From the IMG/VR virus record IMGVR_UViG_3300037840_000333, positions 1 to 64,000 of that record: a stretch of DNA of 64,000 nucleotides; one strand, written 5' to 3'. The DNA comes from a virus. Position 1 is the stretch's first letter. Every line of letters begins with the position of its first letter. A model generated the notes under the pieces. That model was given only the letters and a program-made list of their open reading frames with translations, did no database searches and had not been told where the DNA came from. The position numbers and the translations under genes were made by a program. Positions 25,523 to 36,600 of the stretch are shown in pieces.

Positions 25523-26556
25523 TGGTCCTCCTCCTCGGGCTGGGCGGTCACGTCTCCGCCGGCGTGCTTCACGAGGGCGATGATGGCGTCGATGGCCTCG
25601 TGTGCCAGCTTCTCCAACTCGGCGATCCAGTTGGGCGGGGTCGGTGGGGGCGCTGGGGGAGCCGGTGGCGGGCTCGGTGGTGCCGGTGGCACAGGTGGGT
25701 CCGGCGGTGGCTCCGGGGGCGCTGGGGGAGGCTGGGGAGGCGCTGGGGGTACCGGGACGGGTGGCACGGGGACGGGTTCGGGTGCCGGGGCGTCGCCTCC
25801 GCCGATGGCCTGCAGGTCGGCCAGCAGGGCCGGCTCAAACTGTGCAAGCTGCTCGTCCGTCGTGACGGCGAGGTAGGCCTCGCCGCCGGGGTTCTGATGC
25901 AGGCAGGCGTTCATCCACGGGATGGTGGCGCCCTGCCACACGGCCCACGTGCCCACTTGGTCGGTCCCGCTGTCGAGCGCCTGGGCCTCGCCCCACAGCA
26001 CGCAGTGGCCCTCGTTCGGGTCCGGGCTCTGGCCCGGGGTCACGTCGAACGGCTGGCCCGCGTTGAACTGGTCCTCGTTGTTGTCGAACAGGTTGACGCC
26101 GATGAGGAGCCCGAAGCCGGCGCCCATCAGCCCGATGCACGTCGCCCGGTCGGTGTGATCCACCGGGCACCACGCCTTGATCTTGCCGTCGAGGTACAGG
26201 CTGTGCAGGTAGCTCGGCATGTCGGTGCCGTTCCCGGGCGGGCTCGTGGCGCCGGTGTAGTGCTGGTAGTCCTCCACAGCCTGGGGACTGTCGGGGGACA
26301 ACACGGGCGTCCCGGCGGCGACCGCCGTGGTCATGTCGTAGTGGGCCTTGCCGGCCTCGACGCAATCGCCCCACTGGTCGTTCCCCATCATGCCGAGGTT
26401 CGTCAGCCCTTCGGTCCGGTTCACCGGGTAGGTCACGGCCACGGGCACGAGGAGGTACTGGTGGGCCCACCGCAGGTTGAATCGGTCCTCGGGGGCCCGG
26501 CGCGCCTGGCGCCCTCGCAGGCCGGACTGGCGCGGGGTGTCGAGGGTGTCCGTCAT
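25519..26556 (-). CDS. Papain-like/C39-type cysteine peptidase, probable endolysin
   Basis: GNDQWGDCV, GHCV, VGTW; Pro-rich linker; upstream of the holin. Confidence 0.7.
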   Translation of the reverse strand: MTDTLDTPRQSGLRGRQARRAPEDRFNLRWAHQYLLVPVAVTYPVNRTEGLTNLGMMGNDQWGDCVEAGKAHYDMTTAVAAGTPVLSPDSPQAVEDYQHYTGATSPPGNGTDMPSYLHSLYLDGKIKAWCPVDHTDRATCIGLMGAGFGLLIGVNLFDNNEDQFNAGQPFDVTPGQSPDPNEGHCVLWGEAQALDSGTDQVGTWAVWQGATIPWMNACLHQNPGGEAYLAVTTDEQLAQFEPALLADLQAIGGGDAPAPEPVPVPPVPVPPAPPQPPPAPPEPPPDPPVPPAPPSPPPAPPAPPPTPPNWIAELEKLAHEAIDAIIALVKHAGGDVTAQPEEEDQ

Positions 26557-26774
26557 GGCTGGCGCTGGTCCTGGCGCCGGCCCCATGCTCCGCTGGCGTA
26601 GCCCCAGCCGCCGACGAGGAGGTCAACGAGGAAGCTGAGGAAGCCGGCGATGAACCAACTGATGTAGCTCACGCCGAATAGCTGGCCGGCGTCGGCGCCG
26701 GTGGTCTGTGCCGTGGCGATGATGGCGAACACGGTCAGGACGACCGCGGCGACGATGAAAATGGGGAATCTCAT
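26553..26774 (-). CDS. Small two-TM membrane protein
   Basis: MRFPIFIVAAVVLTVFAIIA..ISWFIAGFLSFLVDLLV. Confidence 0.75.
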   Translation of the reverse strand: MRFPIFIVAAVVLTVFAIIATAQTTGADAGQLFGVSYISWFIAGFLSFLVDLLVGGWGYASGAWGRRQDQRQP

Positions 26775-27232
26775 GGTGCTTCCTTTCGGGTGTCCGGCGG
26801 TTTGGTCAGGTCGATGCCGTCGTGGGTCTCGTTCGGGATGGCCTTCGTGTGCTCGATGATGTGGGCGTTCTGGCGGATGATGTGCTCCCGCTGTTTGGCC
26901 GCCTCCTCGTGGTGTTGACGGATCACAGCCAGGTGCTGGTGCACCGGGGCGAGCTTGGCGTCGGCGAAATGGTGGATGCGCCGGCGGGTCGGCGGCCAGA
27001 TCAGCGCCGCCACCATCAGGACGAGGGCCCACTGGATCAGGCTGGCGACGAGGTTGGGGGCCACCCGGGCCGCGTCCGGCGGGTAGAAGTCGGCGCTGAA
27101 TCGGCCGTGCCAAAGGATGACGATCACTAGGACGCCGGCAGCGACGATGACAGCGAGGATCTTCTGATACCTCGGGATCGGCTTGTCCTCGTACTGGTGA
27201 GGGGCCGTCGCGGCCGGGTCTAGCTCGGGCAT
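26771..27232 (-). CDS. Membrane protein (lysis cassette)
   Basis: Two TM helices and a His-rich coiled C-terminus. Confidence 0.7.
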   Translation of the reverse strand: MPELDPAATAPHQYEDKPIPRYQKILAVIVAAGVLVIVILWHGRFSADFYPPDAARVAPNLVASLIQWALVLMVAALIWPPTRRRIHHFADAKLAPVHQHLAVIRQHHEEAAKQREHIIRQNAHIIEHTKAIPNETHDGIDLTKPPDTRKEAP

Positions 27233-27271
27233 GGGCGGGAGCCTATCGACGCAGGCCAGGTCGCTCGCGGA

Positions 27272-27631
27272 TCATGCGGAACACGGGGTCGGGGTGTTCT
27301 CCTCGGTGGCGATGCGGAGCAGCTCGGCGCGCTGGCTGGCCGTGAGCGAGGGCAACCCGTCGATGGTCGCCTGCCACAGGCGCAGCTCGTCGGCGCGGTA
27401 TTTGTTGCCCACCACGCAGCGGGCGGCGATCCCGTGGCTGGCGCTCGTCGCACTGGCCTGGGCGTCTTGCACCCGGGCGAAGCCGAACCCGAGGATGGCC
27501 GTCAGGGCCACGTCGAGGGCCAGCGACAGCCAAAGCCACCGGCGGCTCGTCCGGGCCCGGGCAGCGTCCTGGCGGAGCCCGGCTATCTCGTCGGCCAGCC
27601 GGCCCATCGAAGCCTGCGCGCTCTCGGTCAC
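27272..27631 (-). CDS. Single-pass membrane protein (paralog of 27776-28207)
   Basis: SLALDVALT..C..NKYRADELRLW..PC. Confidence 0.7.
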   Translation of the reverse strand: MTESAQASMGRLADEIAGLRQDAARARTSRRWLWLSLALDVALTAILGFGFARVQDAQASATSASHGIAARCVVGNKYRADELRLWQATIDGLPSLTASQRAELLRIATEENTPTPCSA

Positions 27632-27774
27632 TTGTCCTCGTCCTCCTTGCCGTTGAGCATCAGCTCCAACCGGACCTCGGCCAGCAGGCGCTCGGCGCGG
27701 TCGGCAACGGTCTCCTGCTCCTCGGGTGAGACGAGGAGGCGAGGGCGTGCGTGTCTACTCCGCCAAACTGCCAC
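27628..27774 (-). CDS. Small hypothetical protein
   Basis: Fills the gap between the paralogs; helical. Confidence 0.45.
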   Translation of the reverse strand: MAVWRSRHARPRLLVSPEEQETVADRAERLLAEVRLELMLNGKEDEDK

Positions 27775-27775
27775 G

Positions 27776-28207
27776 TCACTGAGGCGCCTTCCCGCAGTCT
27801 CGTGGGGCAAAGATCGTGTGGATCTGCTGACTGAGACCCGTGGCGATCTGCTCATCGTGCGGGGTCGTGGTCGGTATCAGCGTTAGGACGAACCCCCAAA
27901 GCCGAAGCTGATCGGCCCTGGCCTTGTTGCTCGCCACGCAGGTTTGGTAACTGGCGACCTCCGCCTGGTGGCTCGCCTTGTTCGCCTGGTCGCTGACGTG
28001 CGCCGTCTGCAGGGCGTTGAAGCTGAGCCCGAAGGTGAGCAGGATGTCGAGGACGAGGCTGATGGCCAGCACCCGGTTCCGGCTGCGGAGCTTGCGGATC
28101 TCGCTGTTCAGCCGCTCGACGGCTCCGATGGCTGACTGGGCGATGGTGATGGCCCGGTCTCGGCGCTCCTCGAGAGTCAGGGCCTCATCGTCGGGGGTAT
28201 GGGTCAT
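27776..28207 (-). CDS. Single-pass membrane protein
   Basis: SLVLDILLT..C..NKARADQLRLW..RDC. Confidence 0.75.
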   Translation of the reverse strand: MTHTPDDEALTLEERRDRAITIAQSAIGAVERLNSEIRKLRSRNRVLAISLVLDILLTFGLSFNALQTAHVSDQANKASHQAEVASYQTCVASNKARADQLRLWGFVLTLIPTTTPHDEQIATGLSQQIHTIFAPRDCGKAPQ

Positions 28208-28394
28208 CGCGTTGTCCTGCCTTCCGTCGGTCCGGCAGGGGTCTCCTCGGTGGCGGTTCCAGCCCGAAACCGTCGTCGTTGAGGGCCTCTGCCAGCAATG
28301 CCAGCTCTAACTCGACCTCGGCCTTGGCGGCCTCGACGTTCCTCACCATCTCATTGACCGATGTGCGCCGCTGGCGGCGCGTCCGTTGTCCCAC
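28185..28394 (-). CDS. Small hypothetical protein
   Basis: ORF track; start uncertain. Confidence 0.45.
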   Translation of the reverse strand: MGQRTRRQRRTSVNEMVRNVEAAKAEVELELALLAEALNDDGFGLEPPPRRPLPDRRKAGQRDDPYPRR

Positions 28395-29081
28395 TCACGG
28401 GTGCCCATGGACGAGGATGTTGACGACGACGGTGGCGGCCACGCTGAGGAGGGCGACGCCGATGGCGATCCAGCTATTGGCCTGGGCTCGCCGGCCGGAC
28501 ACCTGCAGGTCCTCCTGGCGCTCGATGTAGCGGTCGAACTGCTCGTTCGTGACTCGATTGGCAAGAGCGACGACCATGGGTTGAACCTCCCGGCTTCGGC
28601 TCTCCCTCTCAGCGTAGATCCGCGAACCCAGGTCCTCTCGCATCTGGCCCAGCCGCACGTCGAAGTCGGACAGGCGGGACTCCACGACCTCCCGGCTCGG
28701 GAAGGTGGACATCTGCTGGCCCAGGAGCTCCCGGTAGCGGGCCTGCTCGGCGTTCGTGGCGTCTTGCTGGTGTTCGGCCTTGTCAACCGCCTTGGTCGAG
28801 GCATCGAGGGCGGCCTGCAGCCGGGTGATGGCGGCCTCGGTGGCGTCGCGTAGCTGCTCGGCGAGGGCCTGGAAGCGAATGTCGGCCTCCGCCCGGGGCA
28901 AGAACAGGTTGTTGTTATCGCTGAGCGCCTGGCGGATCTCATTGAGGGCGTCGAGGCGCTTCTCGTTGGCGGCCAGGGCCGCCGCCACCCGCTCGTCATT
29001 GTCCGCAAACCGCTGGTGAAAGTGGTCGAAGAGTGTCTCAGGTGTCCATCCCTTGGCCATGGTCGATACCCTTCTCGTCAC
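28395..29081 (-). CDS. Coiled-coil protein with C-terminal TM anchor
   Basis: Two internal coiled-coil repeats and a hydrophobic C-terminus. Confidence 0.75.
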   Translation of the reverse strand: MTRRVSTMAKGWTPETLFDHFHQRFADNDERVAAALAANEKRLDALNEIRQALSDNNNLFLPRAEADIRFQALAEQLRDATEAAITRLQAALDASTKAVDKAEHQQDATNAEQARYRELLGQQMSTFPSREVVESRLSDFDVRLGQMREDLGSRIYAERESRSREVQPMVVALANRVTNEQFDRYIERQEDLQVSGRRAQANSWIAIGVALLSVAATVVVNILVHGHP

Positions 29082-29114
29082 GGAGCGTAGCCGTTCATTC
29101 CGAGGGGCCGGTGG

Positions 29115-29732
29115 TTAGGGGTCCGTGCTGAAGGTCAGGCCGTCGAGCGCCACGCCGCTCGGGCTGCCGGTGTAGGTCGGGGTCACGACGCCGGTCGAGG
29201 CGATCAGCAACAGGGCGCCGACCGGCGAGGCGAAGGACGTGAACCCGGCCGTGTTCAGCACCGCCGTGGCCGGTGGCCGGGCGCCGACGGGGAGCGTGAA
29301 GGCGGTCGCGGCGTTCGTCCCGGCGGTCATCGCCCCTCGCATCCACACCCGGTTGGCCTGCCGTCGGTAGGCGGGGGTGATCGTGCCTCCGCCGAGGTCG
29401 GCCCAGCCGTTGCTGTAGCCGAGCCCGGCGATGGACTGCCAGCCGGTGTCGTCGCCGACCGCGCCGATGATCCACAGGTCGGTGCCGACGCCGGCCGCCA
29501 CCACCACGTCACCCACCCGGGGCGTATACGAGGTCTCGCACTGGATCCCGTTCAAGATCGACGTGGCACTGCCCTCGGGCTGCAGGCTCACCGTGATCGG
29601 GTTGGTGGGCGCTATGCCCGTCACGACGCCCCAAATGGCTCGCAGCACGTGCTCCTGGCGGAGCTGCTGGCTGATCGTCTTGCGGACCACGGCCGCGCCG
29701 CCGGCCGCTTCCTTCCCGCTCGGGGCGCTCAC
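29115..29732 (-). CDS. Minor tail protein
   Basis: N-terminal OB-like domain (SYTPRVGDVV) and fibre-tip domain (FTLPVGARP). Confidence 0.75.
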   Translation of the reverse strand: MSAPSGKEAAGGAAVVRKTISQQLRQEHVLRAIWGVVTGIAPTNPITVSLQPEGSATSILNGIQCETSYTPRVGDVVVAAGVGTDLWIIGAVGDDTGWQSIAGLGYSNGWADLGGGTITPAYRRQANRVWMRGAMTAGTNAATAFTLPVGARPPATAVLNTAGFTSFASPVGALLLIASTGVVTPTYTGSPSGVALDGLTFSTDP

Positions 29733-31096
29733 GACACCACCCGGAACGCCTCTAGCGTGCTGAGCGTCGAGACGCCGAGGTCGAGCGTCCCTTTCTGGAT
29801 GATGTACGGCGCCGCCGCCACCTTGGATGGCCCTCGGGTGACGGTCACCACGCAGCCGGCGTCCATGGCCGGGTCTCCGAGGTAGGTGATCTGCATCCCG
29901 TCGAAGGTCCCGAGGGCCGCCGTGCCGAGGGCCTGGGCCATGGCGTCCACCTGGGGCTGGGTGGTGGCGAGGGAGGTCTGCACCACGACCACGGTGGTCG
30001 GGTAGGGCCCGAAGATGTAGCTCGGGCTCGCCGGGTTCACGTCATACCAGTCGCCCCGCAGCGGCGTCGGGATGTTGCTCCCCTGGCTGATGACGATGAT
30101 GTGGTTCGGCACGCCCTTGTTGCTGAGCGTCCGCTGCAGCTCGGTGAAGGTGCAGCTCGGTCCCTCGCTGTAGCTGGCGGTCGGGGCGATGCTGGCCGGG
30201 TCCGCTATCGGCTCGGCGATGAACACGCCGGCCTGGTCGAAGAAGCACTCGTAGCTGGCGGCGAGGGCCGACGAGGCGATCAGGGCGGTCGGGTCGTCGC
30301 CCATGTTGAAGGCGGCCGGTGCCAGCAGGTAGCTGCTCGGGGTGATGCTCATGGGCACGCCGGGCAGCCGGTTCTGCACGATGCCGGCAATGGTCACGTC
30401 GGCCGTCGTCACGATGTAGGCGCCGATCGAGTGGGCCGCCTGGGTGGTCCCGTTGTAGCCCCGGTCGGCCGCGCTCACATAGAGGATCCCGGTGCTCGGG
30501 TCCACGAAGGTCACGAGCATCTGCTCCAAGTCGATGTAGACCACGAACGGGGCGACGCCGGTGATGGGGAAGTACGGCGTCAGGTTCACCGCGCCGCTGC
30601 TCGGGACGCTGGTGCTGTTCTGCATGATCGGCACCGTGCTGTACCCGTCGGTCCATTCGTTCCGGGCGATGGTGGCCATGCGGTCGCTCCCGTCCACGGC
30701 CACCGTCAGGTTGTAAGTGCCTCCGCTGTTGCTGTCGAGGGTCACCGCGTTCTCGATCAGGAACCTCCCCTGGGGCGCCGTCTCCGTCGTGCCGTCCGGG
30801 TAGACGAACCCCTTGTGGACCTCAATCTCCGCTCCGTCGGGGAACAGCAGGTCGGTGCCGGTGTTGGGCACAATGTCGAGCAGCTCGGGCGTCGGTACGA
30901 ACGTGACCTGGCTGGCGGTCCTCCGCACGCTGGCCGTGCTGTCGAAGTTCACCGTCCCCGAGATCACCAGCATCGGGGTGGTGTTGAGCGGGGCGCTGCT
31001 CTTGTAGTTCTCGAACACGTCCACGTAGCTGTAGGGCGTGAAGATATCGGCCGTCAGCGCCGGGCCCCACTTGTCGCTCACCGGCCAGTAGCTCAT
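29729..31096 (-). CDS. Minor tail protein (hub/Tal, DUF5047-like)
   Basis: GTVNFDSTASVRRT, GVPNHIIV, SPSYIFGPY; position after the Dit-like gene. Confidence 0.75.
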   Translation of the reverse strand: MSYWPVSDKWGPALTADIFTPYSYVDVFENYKSSAPLNTTPMLVISGTVNFDSTASVRRTASQVTFVPTPELLDIVPNTGTDLLFPDGAEIEVHKGFVYPDGTTETAPQGRFLIENAVTLDSNSGGTYNLTVAVDGSDRMATIARNEWTDGYSTVPIMQNSTSVPSSGAVNLTPYFPITGVAPFVVYIDLEQMLVTFVDPSTGILYVSAADRGYNGTTQAAHSIGAYIVTTADVTIAGIVQNRLPGVPMSITPSSYLLAPAAFNMGDDPTALIASSALAASYECFFDQAGVFIAEPIADPASIAPTASYSEGPSCTFTELQRTLSNKGVPNHIIVISQGSNIPTPLRGDWYDVNPASPSYIFGPYPTTVVVVQTSLATTQPQVDAMAQALGTAALGTFDGMQITYLGDPAMDAGCVVTVTRGPSKVAAAPYIIQKGTLDLGVSTLSTLEAFRVVS

Positions 31097-33636
31097 GTCG
31101 GCGGGGTGACCTCGATGTAGTTGAAGGTGATGACGGCGAACTGTGTCGGGGCCGTCATGGTGTTGTAGATCGGGCTCTCGATGGGGTCGGTCTGCGGGTC
31201 GTGGGCGATGTAGGTGGTCACGCCGCTCGGGTCCTGCAGCAGCAGCGTGCCGTCGTACTCGATGAGGTTCCGCAGCATGGCGAGCCCGCCCTGGCCGGTC
31301 AGGCTGCTCACGCGCATGCTGAGGATGCCGGCCCGGCCCTTCACGCCGTCGGTCATCTTCACCGGCCGGTTCCTCCCCAGCGGGTAGTTGACGGTCGCAA
31401 CCTCCTTCGGCTTGAACTGCGGGTCGGCGTTGCCGTGGAAGCCCACGGCGCTGTCGAGCTGGCCCGGGATCTGCAGCCACCACATATCGTGGGCGTCCGT
31501 CATCACCGGGCCCGGGTAGCCCCAGGCCGACAGGTAGGTCAGCCCGTCGTCGGCCAGGGCGCTGATCTGCGCCCGGTAGTAGACCCAGTTTCCGGGGGGC
31601 GGCGAGCGGTCGATCAGCGTGTAGGGCACGGGCGGGTTGGGGATGGGCAGGGCGGTGAGCCCGCTCACGTCGGTCCAGTTGATCCCGTCGGTGGACTGTT
31701 GGACCTCCAAGCTGGCCTCCGCCACGTAGCCGCCCGGGGTCCACGTCGGGCTCGTGGTGGCCTGGAACACGCCCGCCTCGTCTAAGAACGCCTGCACGCC
31801 GCCGAAGCCGGCCGTGGTCGTGAACTCGTAGCCGATGGTGTAGCTGACCGCGTTGGCGGGCACCAGCACGTTGTTCTGGCGGAACACCGTCCAGCTCCCG
31901 ACGACGCCGGTGTGCGATGCGGTCACGAAGCTGGTCGGGCTCCCGGCGGCGTTGTAGAAGATGATGCTCGTGGTGATGGCGGTCGGTCCTCCGGTCGGGA
32001 CGTACCAACCCATCTGCATGCTGATCGGCAGCCCGACGCTCGGGCAGGGGTACTTGTTGGTGATGTCGCTCCCGGTCAGCCCGCTGCTGCTGGCCGAGAT
32101 GGCCATCGAGCTCCCGCCCTCCAAGCTCTGCGCCGTGCCCAGCGCCACGGTGAGGTTGCTGAGGTTGCCGCCCACGCCCCACGTGCCGGTGCTGTTGTTC
32201 AGCCCGGCGTCGTCCTGGTCGAGCAAGTTGTTCACGTTCTGCAGGGAGAGCTGCACCTGGGGGGCGCCCGTGTCGAGGTCGTTGTTGGCGACCACGCTGA
32301 AACTCGGGGGCAGCGGCTCCGCCACGAGGATCGTGAAGGTGCCGGTGCAGGTGCCGAATAGGTCGTTGCTGTCCTCGACGATGATGGTGGCGGTGTAGGT
32401 GCCGTTCGCCAGCGGTCGGATCGTCTTGTACGAGGTCGCCGAGGAATAGATCTGGCCGCTGATGTAGACGTTGCCCTCGCCGGGCAGGCTGAGGACAATG
32501 TCGTGCACGACGGGGGTGGCTCCGCTCGGGCTCACGAAGGACCACCGCAGGGTGGGCTCGGGTATGTCCAGCGTGCCGGTGGGCCCGAGGTAAGTCAGCG
32601 TCATGGCCGGGGCGGTGTGGAACAGGGCGTCGCTGGCGAACGGTCCCTGCAGCCCGGCGCTCGCCTCCTGGGTGGCGAAGCTGTAGTCCCAATCGCCGCT
32701 GTTCACCGGGCCGTGGGTTGCCCCGATGGTCGGGAGCACGAAGAACTCGCCGCCGGGGTTGACCGTGGGCCCGGTCCACGTCACCCACGTCAGGGTGGTG
32801 CTCCACGCGCTCCCGGTCCAGTAGTAGTAGCTCCCGCCGGTCGCCTTCAGCCGCAAGCTGTACGCACTCATCGGCTGGCCGTTCGTCGGGTTGTAAACGG
32901 CGCCGAAGGCGATCTGCTGGGTGGCGTCCCGATACTCGCCGGCGGCCGGGTCGTTGAGGGTCGGGGCGAGCGGGGTGGCGCTGACCTCGTTCAGGGCGAA
33001 CGCCACGTTGGCCCAATAGACCTGCTCGTAGTCGCCGACCGGGGTGTTGAAGTAGTAGGGGCCGGTGGTCGCCAGGGTGGCGCCGACGTAGAGGGAAATC
33101 TGCTGCAGGTAGTCGCTGGCGTCGCCGTAGCCGCCCGAGTCCGTCCCGATCATGGCCATGGCGGTCATCGTGCCGAAGATGTTGGCGAACATATAGCCGG
33201 TGAAGGCCGCGCCGGTGAGGGCGTTGCAGATCAGCTCGGCGGCCGAGGCGCCCATGTTGGCGCCCCTGGTGGCGACGTTTGCCAGCGCGGCCGATACCTG
33301 CACGATGTGGCCGCCAATGTCGCTCTGCAGGGCCGTGACGGAGATAGTCACGTCGAACAGGGTGTTGAACTTGAACGTGAACGTGGCGCCCACGTCGGCC
33401 GGGGCCGCCACCTTGGTCGCCACGAGCACGTTGGCCGGCGAGCCGTCGCCGCCGGTCGGCTGCCACAGCGTCCAGCCCGCCGGGACGGACGTGACGTTGC
33501 TCGGGCCGATGGTCTCGGCGCTGAAGATGGCGGCCACCAGCAGGTCGCCGGCGCTGTAGCCGAGCGGGGTGGCGGTGATCGTGTTGGACGAGGACACCGA
33601 GCCGTTGAAGACGTAGGTAATGGCGGAAATGGTCAT
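31093..33636 (-). CDS. Minor tail protein (distal-tail-like with carbohydrate-binding/FN3 modules)
   Basis: Directly after the tape measure gene; beta-rich, 847 aa. Confidence 0.75.
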   Translation of the reverse strand: MTISAITYVFNGSVSSSNTITATPLGYSAGDLLVAAIFSAETIGPSNVTSVPAGWTLWQPTGGDGSPANVLVATKVAAPADVGATFTFKFNTLFDVTISVTALQSDIGGHIVQVSAALANVATRGANMGASAAELICNALTGAAFTGYMFANIFGTMTAMAMIGTDSGGYGDASDYLQQISLYVGATLATTGPYYFNTPVGDYEQVYWANVAFALNEVSATPLAPTLNDPAAGEYRDATQQIAFGAVYNPTNGQPMSAYSLRLKATGGSYYYWTGSAWSTTLTWVTWTGPTVNPGGEFFVLPTIGATHGPVNSGDWDYSFATQEASAGLQGPFASDALFHTAPAMTLTYLGPTGTLDIPEPTLRWSFVSPSGATPVVHDIVLSLPGEGNVYISGQIYSSATSYKTIRPLANGTYTATIIVEDSNDLFGTCTGTFTILVAEPLPPSFSVVANNDLDTGAPQVQLSLQNVNNLLDQDDAGLNNSTGTWGVGGNLSNLTVALGTAQSLEGGSSMAISASSSGLTGSDITNKYPCPSVGLPISMQMGWYVPTGGPTAITTSIIFYNAAGSPTSFVTASHTGVVGSWTVFRQNNVLVPANAVSYTIGYEFTTTAGFGGVQAFLDEAGVFQATTSPTWTPGGYVAEASLEVQQSTDGINWTDVSGLTALPIPNPPVPYTLIDRSPPPGNWVYYRAQISALADDGLTYLSAWGYPGPVMTDAHDMWWLQIPGQLDSAVGFHGNADPQFKPKEVATVNYPLGRNRPVKMTDGVKGRAGILSMRVSSLTGQGGLAMLRNLIEYDGTLLLQDPSGVTTYIAHDPQTDPIESPIYNTMTAPTQFAVITFNYIEVTPPT

Positions 33637-36600
33637 GGCAGCGGCACCATCCTGTTCGGGTTGGCCCCTCGCAACAGCGCGCTCGACAGCTCCGTGATGC
33701 CGCTCCGCACCGCGGCCGTGCTGGCGTCGGCGACGGCCGGGGAGACCGCTCCGTGGTTATGCACCTGGAAGGCGCCCTGCTGTACGTAGATGGTCGTCGC
33801 TCCGCCGGCCGCCTGGGTGGGCGCTCCCGGTGCGGCGAGGGCGGTCGGCAGGGGCGCCTGGGGCTGTAGGGCCGGGGCCGTCACCTGCACGGCGCGCAGG
33901 TCGGCGGCGACGCCGGTGAGGGCGCTCACGGGGAGCTGGGCGCTGGCCTGGATGCCGTTCGCCAGTCCCTCCATCATGTTCTTGCCGATCTCGTGGAAGA
34001 TGGTGCTCGGGCTATGGGTGCCGGCCGCGGCCTTGGCGCTCGTGACCGCGCTGTTCACGATGTTGGTCAGCGTCGTGCTCACCTGGCTCCCCTTGCTGTT
34101 GATCCCGTTGATGAGCCCCTGCACCATCGCCTCGCCGGTGTTGTAGAGGTAGCTGCCCGGGTCGTTCCCGAACACGCTCGTGATGGTCTGGCCCATGGCC
34201 TGCCAGTCCGAGTCCCAATCCGTTTTGAGCTGGCCGATGGCGGTGTCGAGCGGGGTCAGCCCCTGGTCCTTGATGTTCTGGAAGGTCCCGCTCATCGTGG
34301 TCCACACCGAGGACGTGGCCGTGGTGATGTCCTGCCAGTCGTTCCCCCAATCCGTCTTCAGGGTGTCGGTGCTCGTCCGTAACTGGTCCTCGGCGGTGCG
34401 GAGCTGGTTGAAGATCGGGGTCACCGTGCTGTTGAAGGTCTGGACGACGGTCTGCATCTGCAGCCACTCGGTCTGCCAGAAGGAGACAAACGCCTGCAGG
34501 TTCGTGCGGAGCATGTCGAGCCCGAGCGTCTTCGTCTGGTTGAACACGATAAGGAAGTTGGCGCCCGTCGCCAGCAGCACCTTGTTCATGTTGCTCAGGT
34601 TCGTTACCACGTCGCCGGTGTCCTTGACGCTGACGCTCAGCTCGTCGTTCAGCTTGGCGAGGACGGTCTGTGTGGCCGTGCTCTGGATGCCGAATGTCTT
34701 CATCCCGGCGCTGGCGCTGGTGGCGCTGGTCTGGAAATCGCTGAGCCCCTTGTCGCCCAGCTTCAGGCTGGCGTCGAGCAGGACCATCGGGGCATTGCCG
34801 AGGGTGAGGGCGTGGAATAGCTGGGTCATCCCGGTGGCCGCCGTGGTGCTCTCGTGCGATACCGCCAACAGGTCGTCGCCGAGCTGCCGGCCCTTCATGG
34901 CCGCCGTGGTCAAGCTGGTGGCGATCTGCTTCACGTCGGTGTCGAAGCGGGCGACGCTCGTGAGGGTGGTGTCGATCTGATGGCCGAACGCCGCCCAATC
35001 GGCCACGGTCGCCCGAACCTTGGCGCTCCCGGCCTGGACCTCGGTCGCCACCTTTTGGAACGCCGGGGCAATCCGGTTGGCCGCCTGCTCGTCGTCGGTC
35101 AGCGCCTTCACGAGCTGGGTGCCGAGGGCGTTCTCCGCCGCGGTCACCGCACTCCGCATGCTCGCCAGCGCCGTCTCGATGGTCTTCAGGATGCTGGTCA
35201 GCTTGCTCCCGGCGGTGTCGGCCTTGTCGAACGCCTGCACGATCTTCTCCGCCTCGGTGGCGCCCTTGGTGAAGCCGGTGGACGCCTCGGCGATGGCGGT
35301 GCCGAGCTGGCGGGCCACCGGGTCCACGAGCTTCAGCGTCGCCGTGAACGCCTTCAGGGCCGCGTCGTCCCGGGTGATCCCGGCCACCAGCCCGCCGCTC
35401 GACGCCAGGCTGTCGAAGCCGGCCCTGATGGCCGCTATGGCCGCCGTGATCGGTCCGGGCTGCAGGCTGGTCGCCAAGGTGGCTAGGGACTTCAGATCGG
35501 TCTGTAGGCCCGGGGGCAGGCGGACGTTGCCGGCCTTGGCGAGGGCCTGGGCGATTTGCTCGATGGCCTGCACGACTGGCACCACGCCTTGCTGCGCCGT
35601 CCTCCCGGCGCTCGCCAGCTCGATCAGCCCGGTCACGATGGCGTGCAGGGCGTTGCCGACCTTGGTCCCGGCCGCCTCGATCTTTTGCAGCTCGGGCACC
35701 AGTTGCTCCGCCAGCTTCAGCGCCTTCATCTCCTCCTGGGCGAGCTGGGCGTTCTCCTTGATCCCGTTCGCCAGCCCCTTCATGCTGTCGGCGCCGATCT
35801 GATGGAACACGGTGCTCGGGCTGAACACGCCGAGAATGTCCTTCGCCACGCCGACGATCCCGTGGGCGATCTTCTCGACCGCCTTGGCCGGCTCCGCCGC
35901 CATCGACTCGACGCCCTTTACCAGCCCGTTGATGATGTCCTTCCCGACGTTCAGGAGCCACTGGCCTGCTCCCGCTAGGGCGCCGAGGATCTTCTCGGGC
36001 AGGCCGACGAACAGGAACTCGACCACGCCGATCCCGGTGCGGACGGCGTTCTCTAGCTCCTGCACGCCGTCCATAAAGATGTGGAACGCGCCGACGGCCA
36101 CGCTCATCGCCGACTGGACCATCGCCACGAATGCGCCGAATATCGCCTCCGCCGCCTGTATGTCGGCCGAGATGACGCCCTTGGCTATGTCGAGCACGCT
36201 GGTGATGGCGTGCCAGGTGGCTTGCCAGTGGGTGGCGACGAACACGATCCCGGCGAGCCACGGGGCGAAAATGGCGACGATATCGAGGTGGCCCTTGATC
36301 CAGTTCACGGCGTCGCTGACGACGGTCTCCATGATCTGCCAGGTCTCTTTCCAGTGCAGGGCGAGGTAGACGAGGGGCGCAATCGGGCCGAGCAGCAGGA
36401 TGGCGAACTGGCCGAACCCGTGGGTGAGGAAGCCAACGACGTCGTCGAATATGCGCTTGATTTCGCCCCACACGGTGCTCCAGTGGGCGACCAGCTCGTA
36501 GATGGCGATGCCGAGGGCCGCTACCGCCACGACGACGATGCCGATGGTGGCGGCGATGGGCAAGGTGGCGGCGTCGGCCACCGCGGCGCTGGCCGCCTCG

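Noticed and set aside
29729-33466. 1245-aa ORF as a single protein
   Set aside because: The N-terminal part is an Arg-rich shadow of 31093-33636; the real start is ATG 31096 (ATGA overlap). The same upstream over-extension affects 7243-9450, 15885-17390 and 17368-18417.
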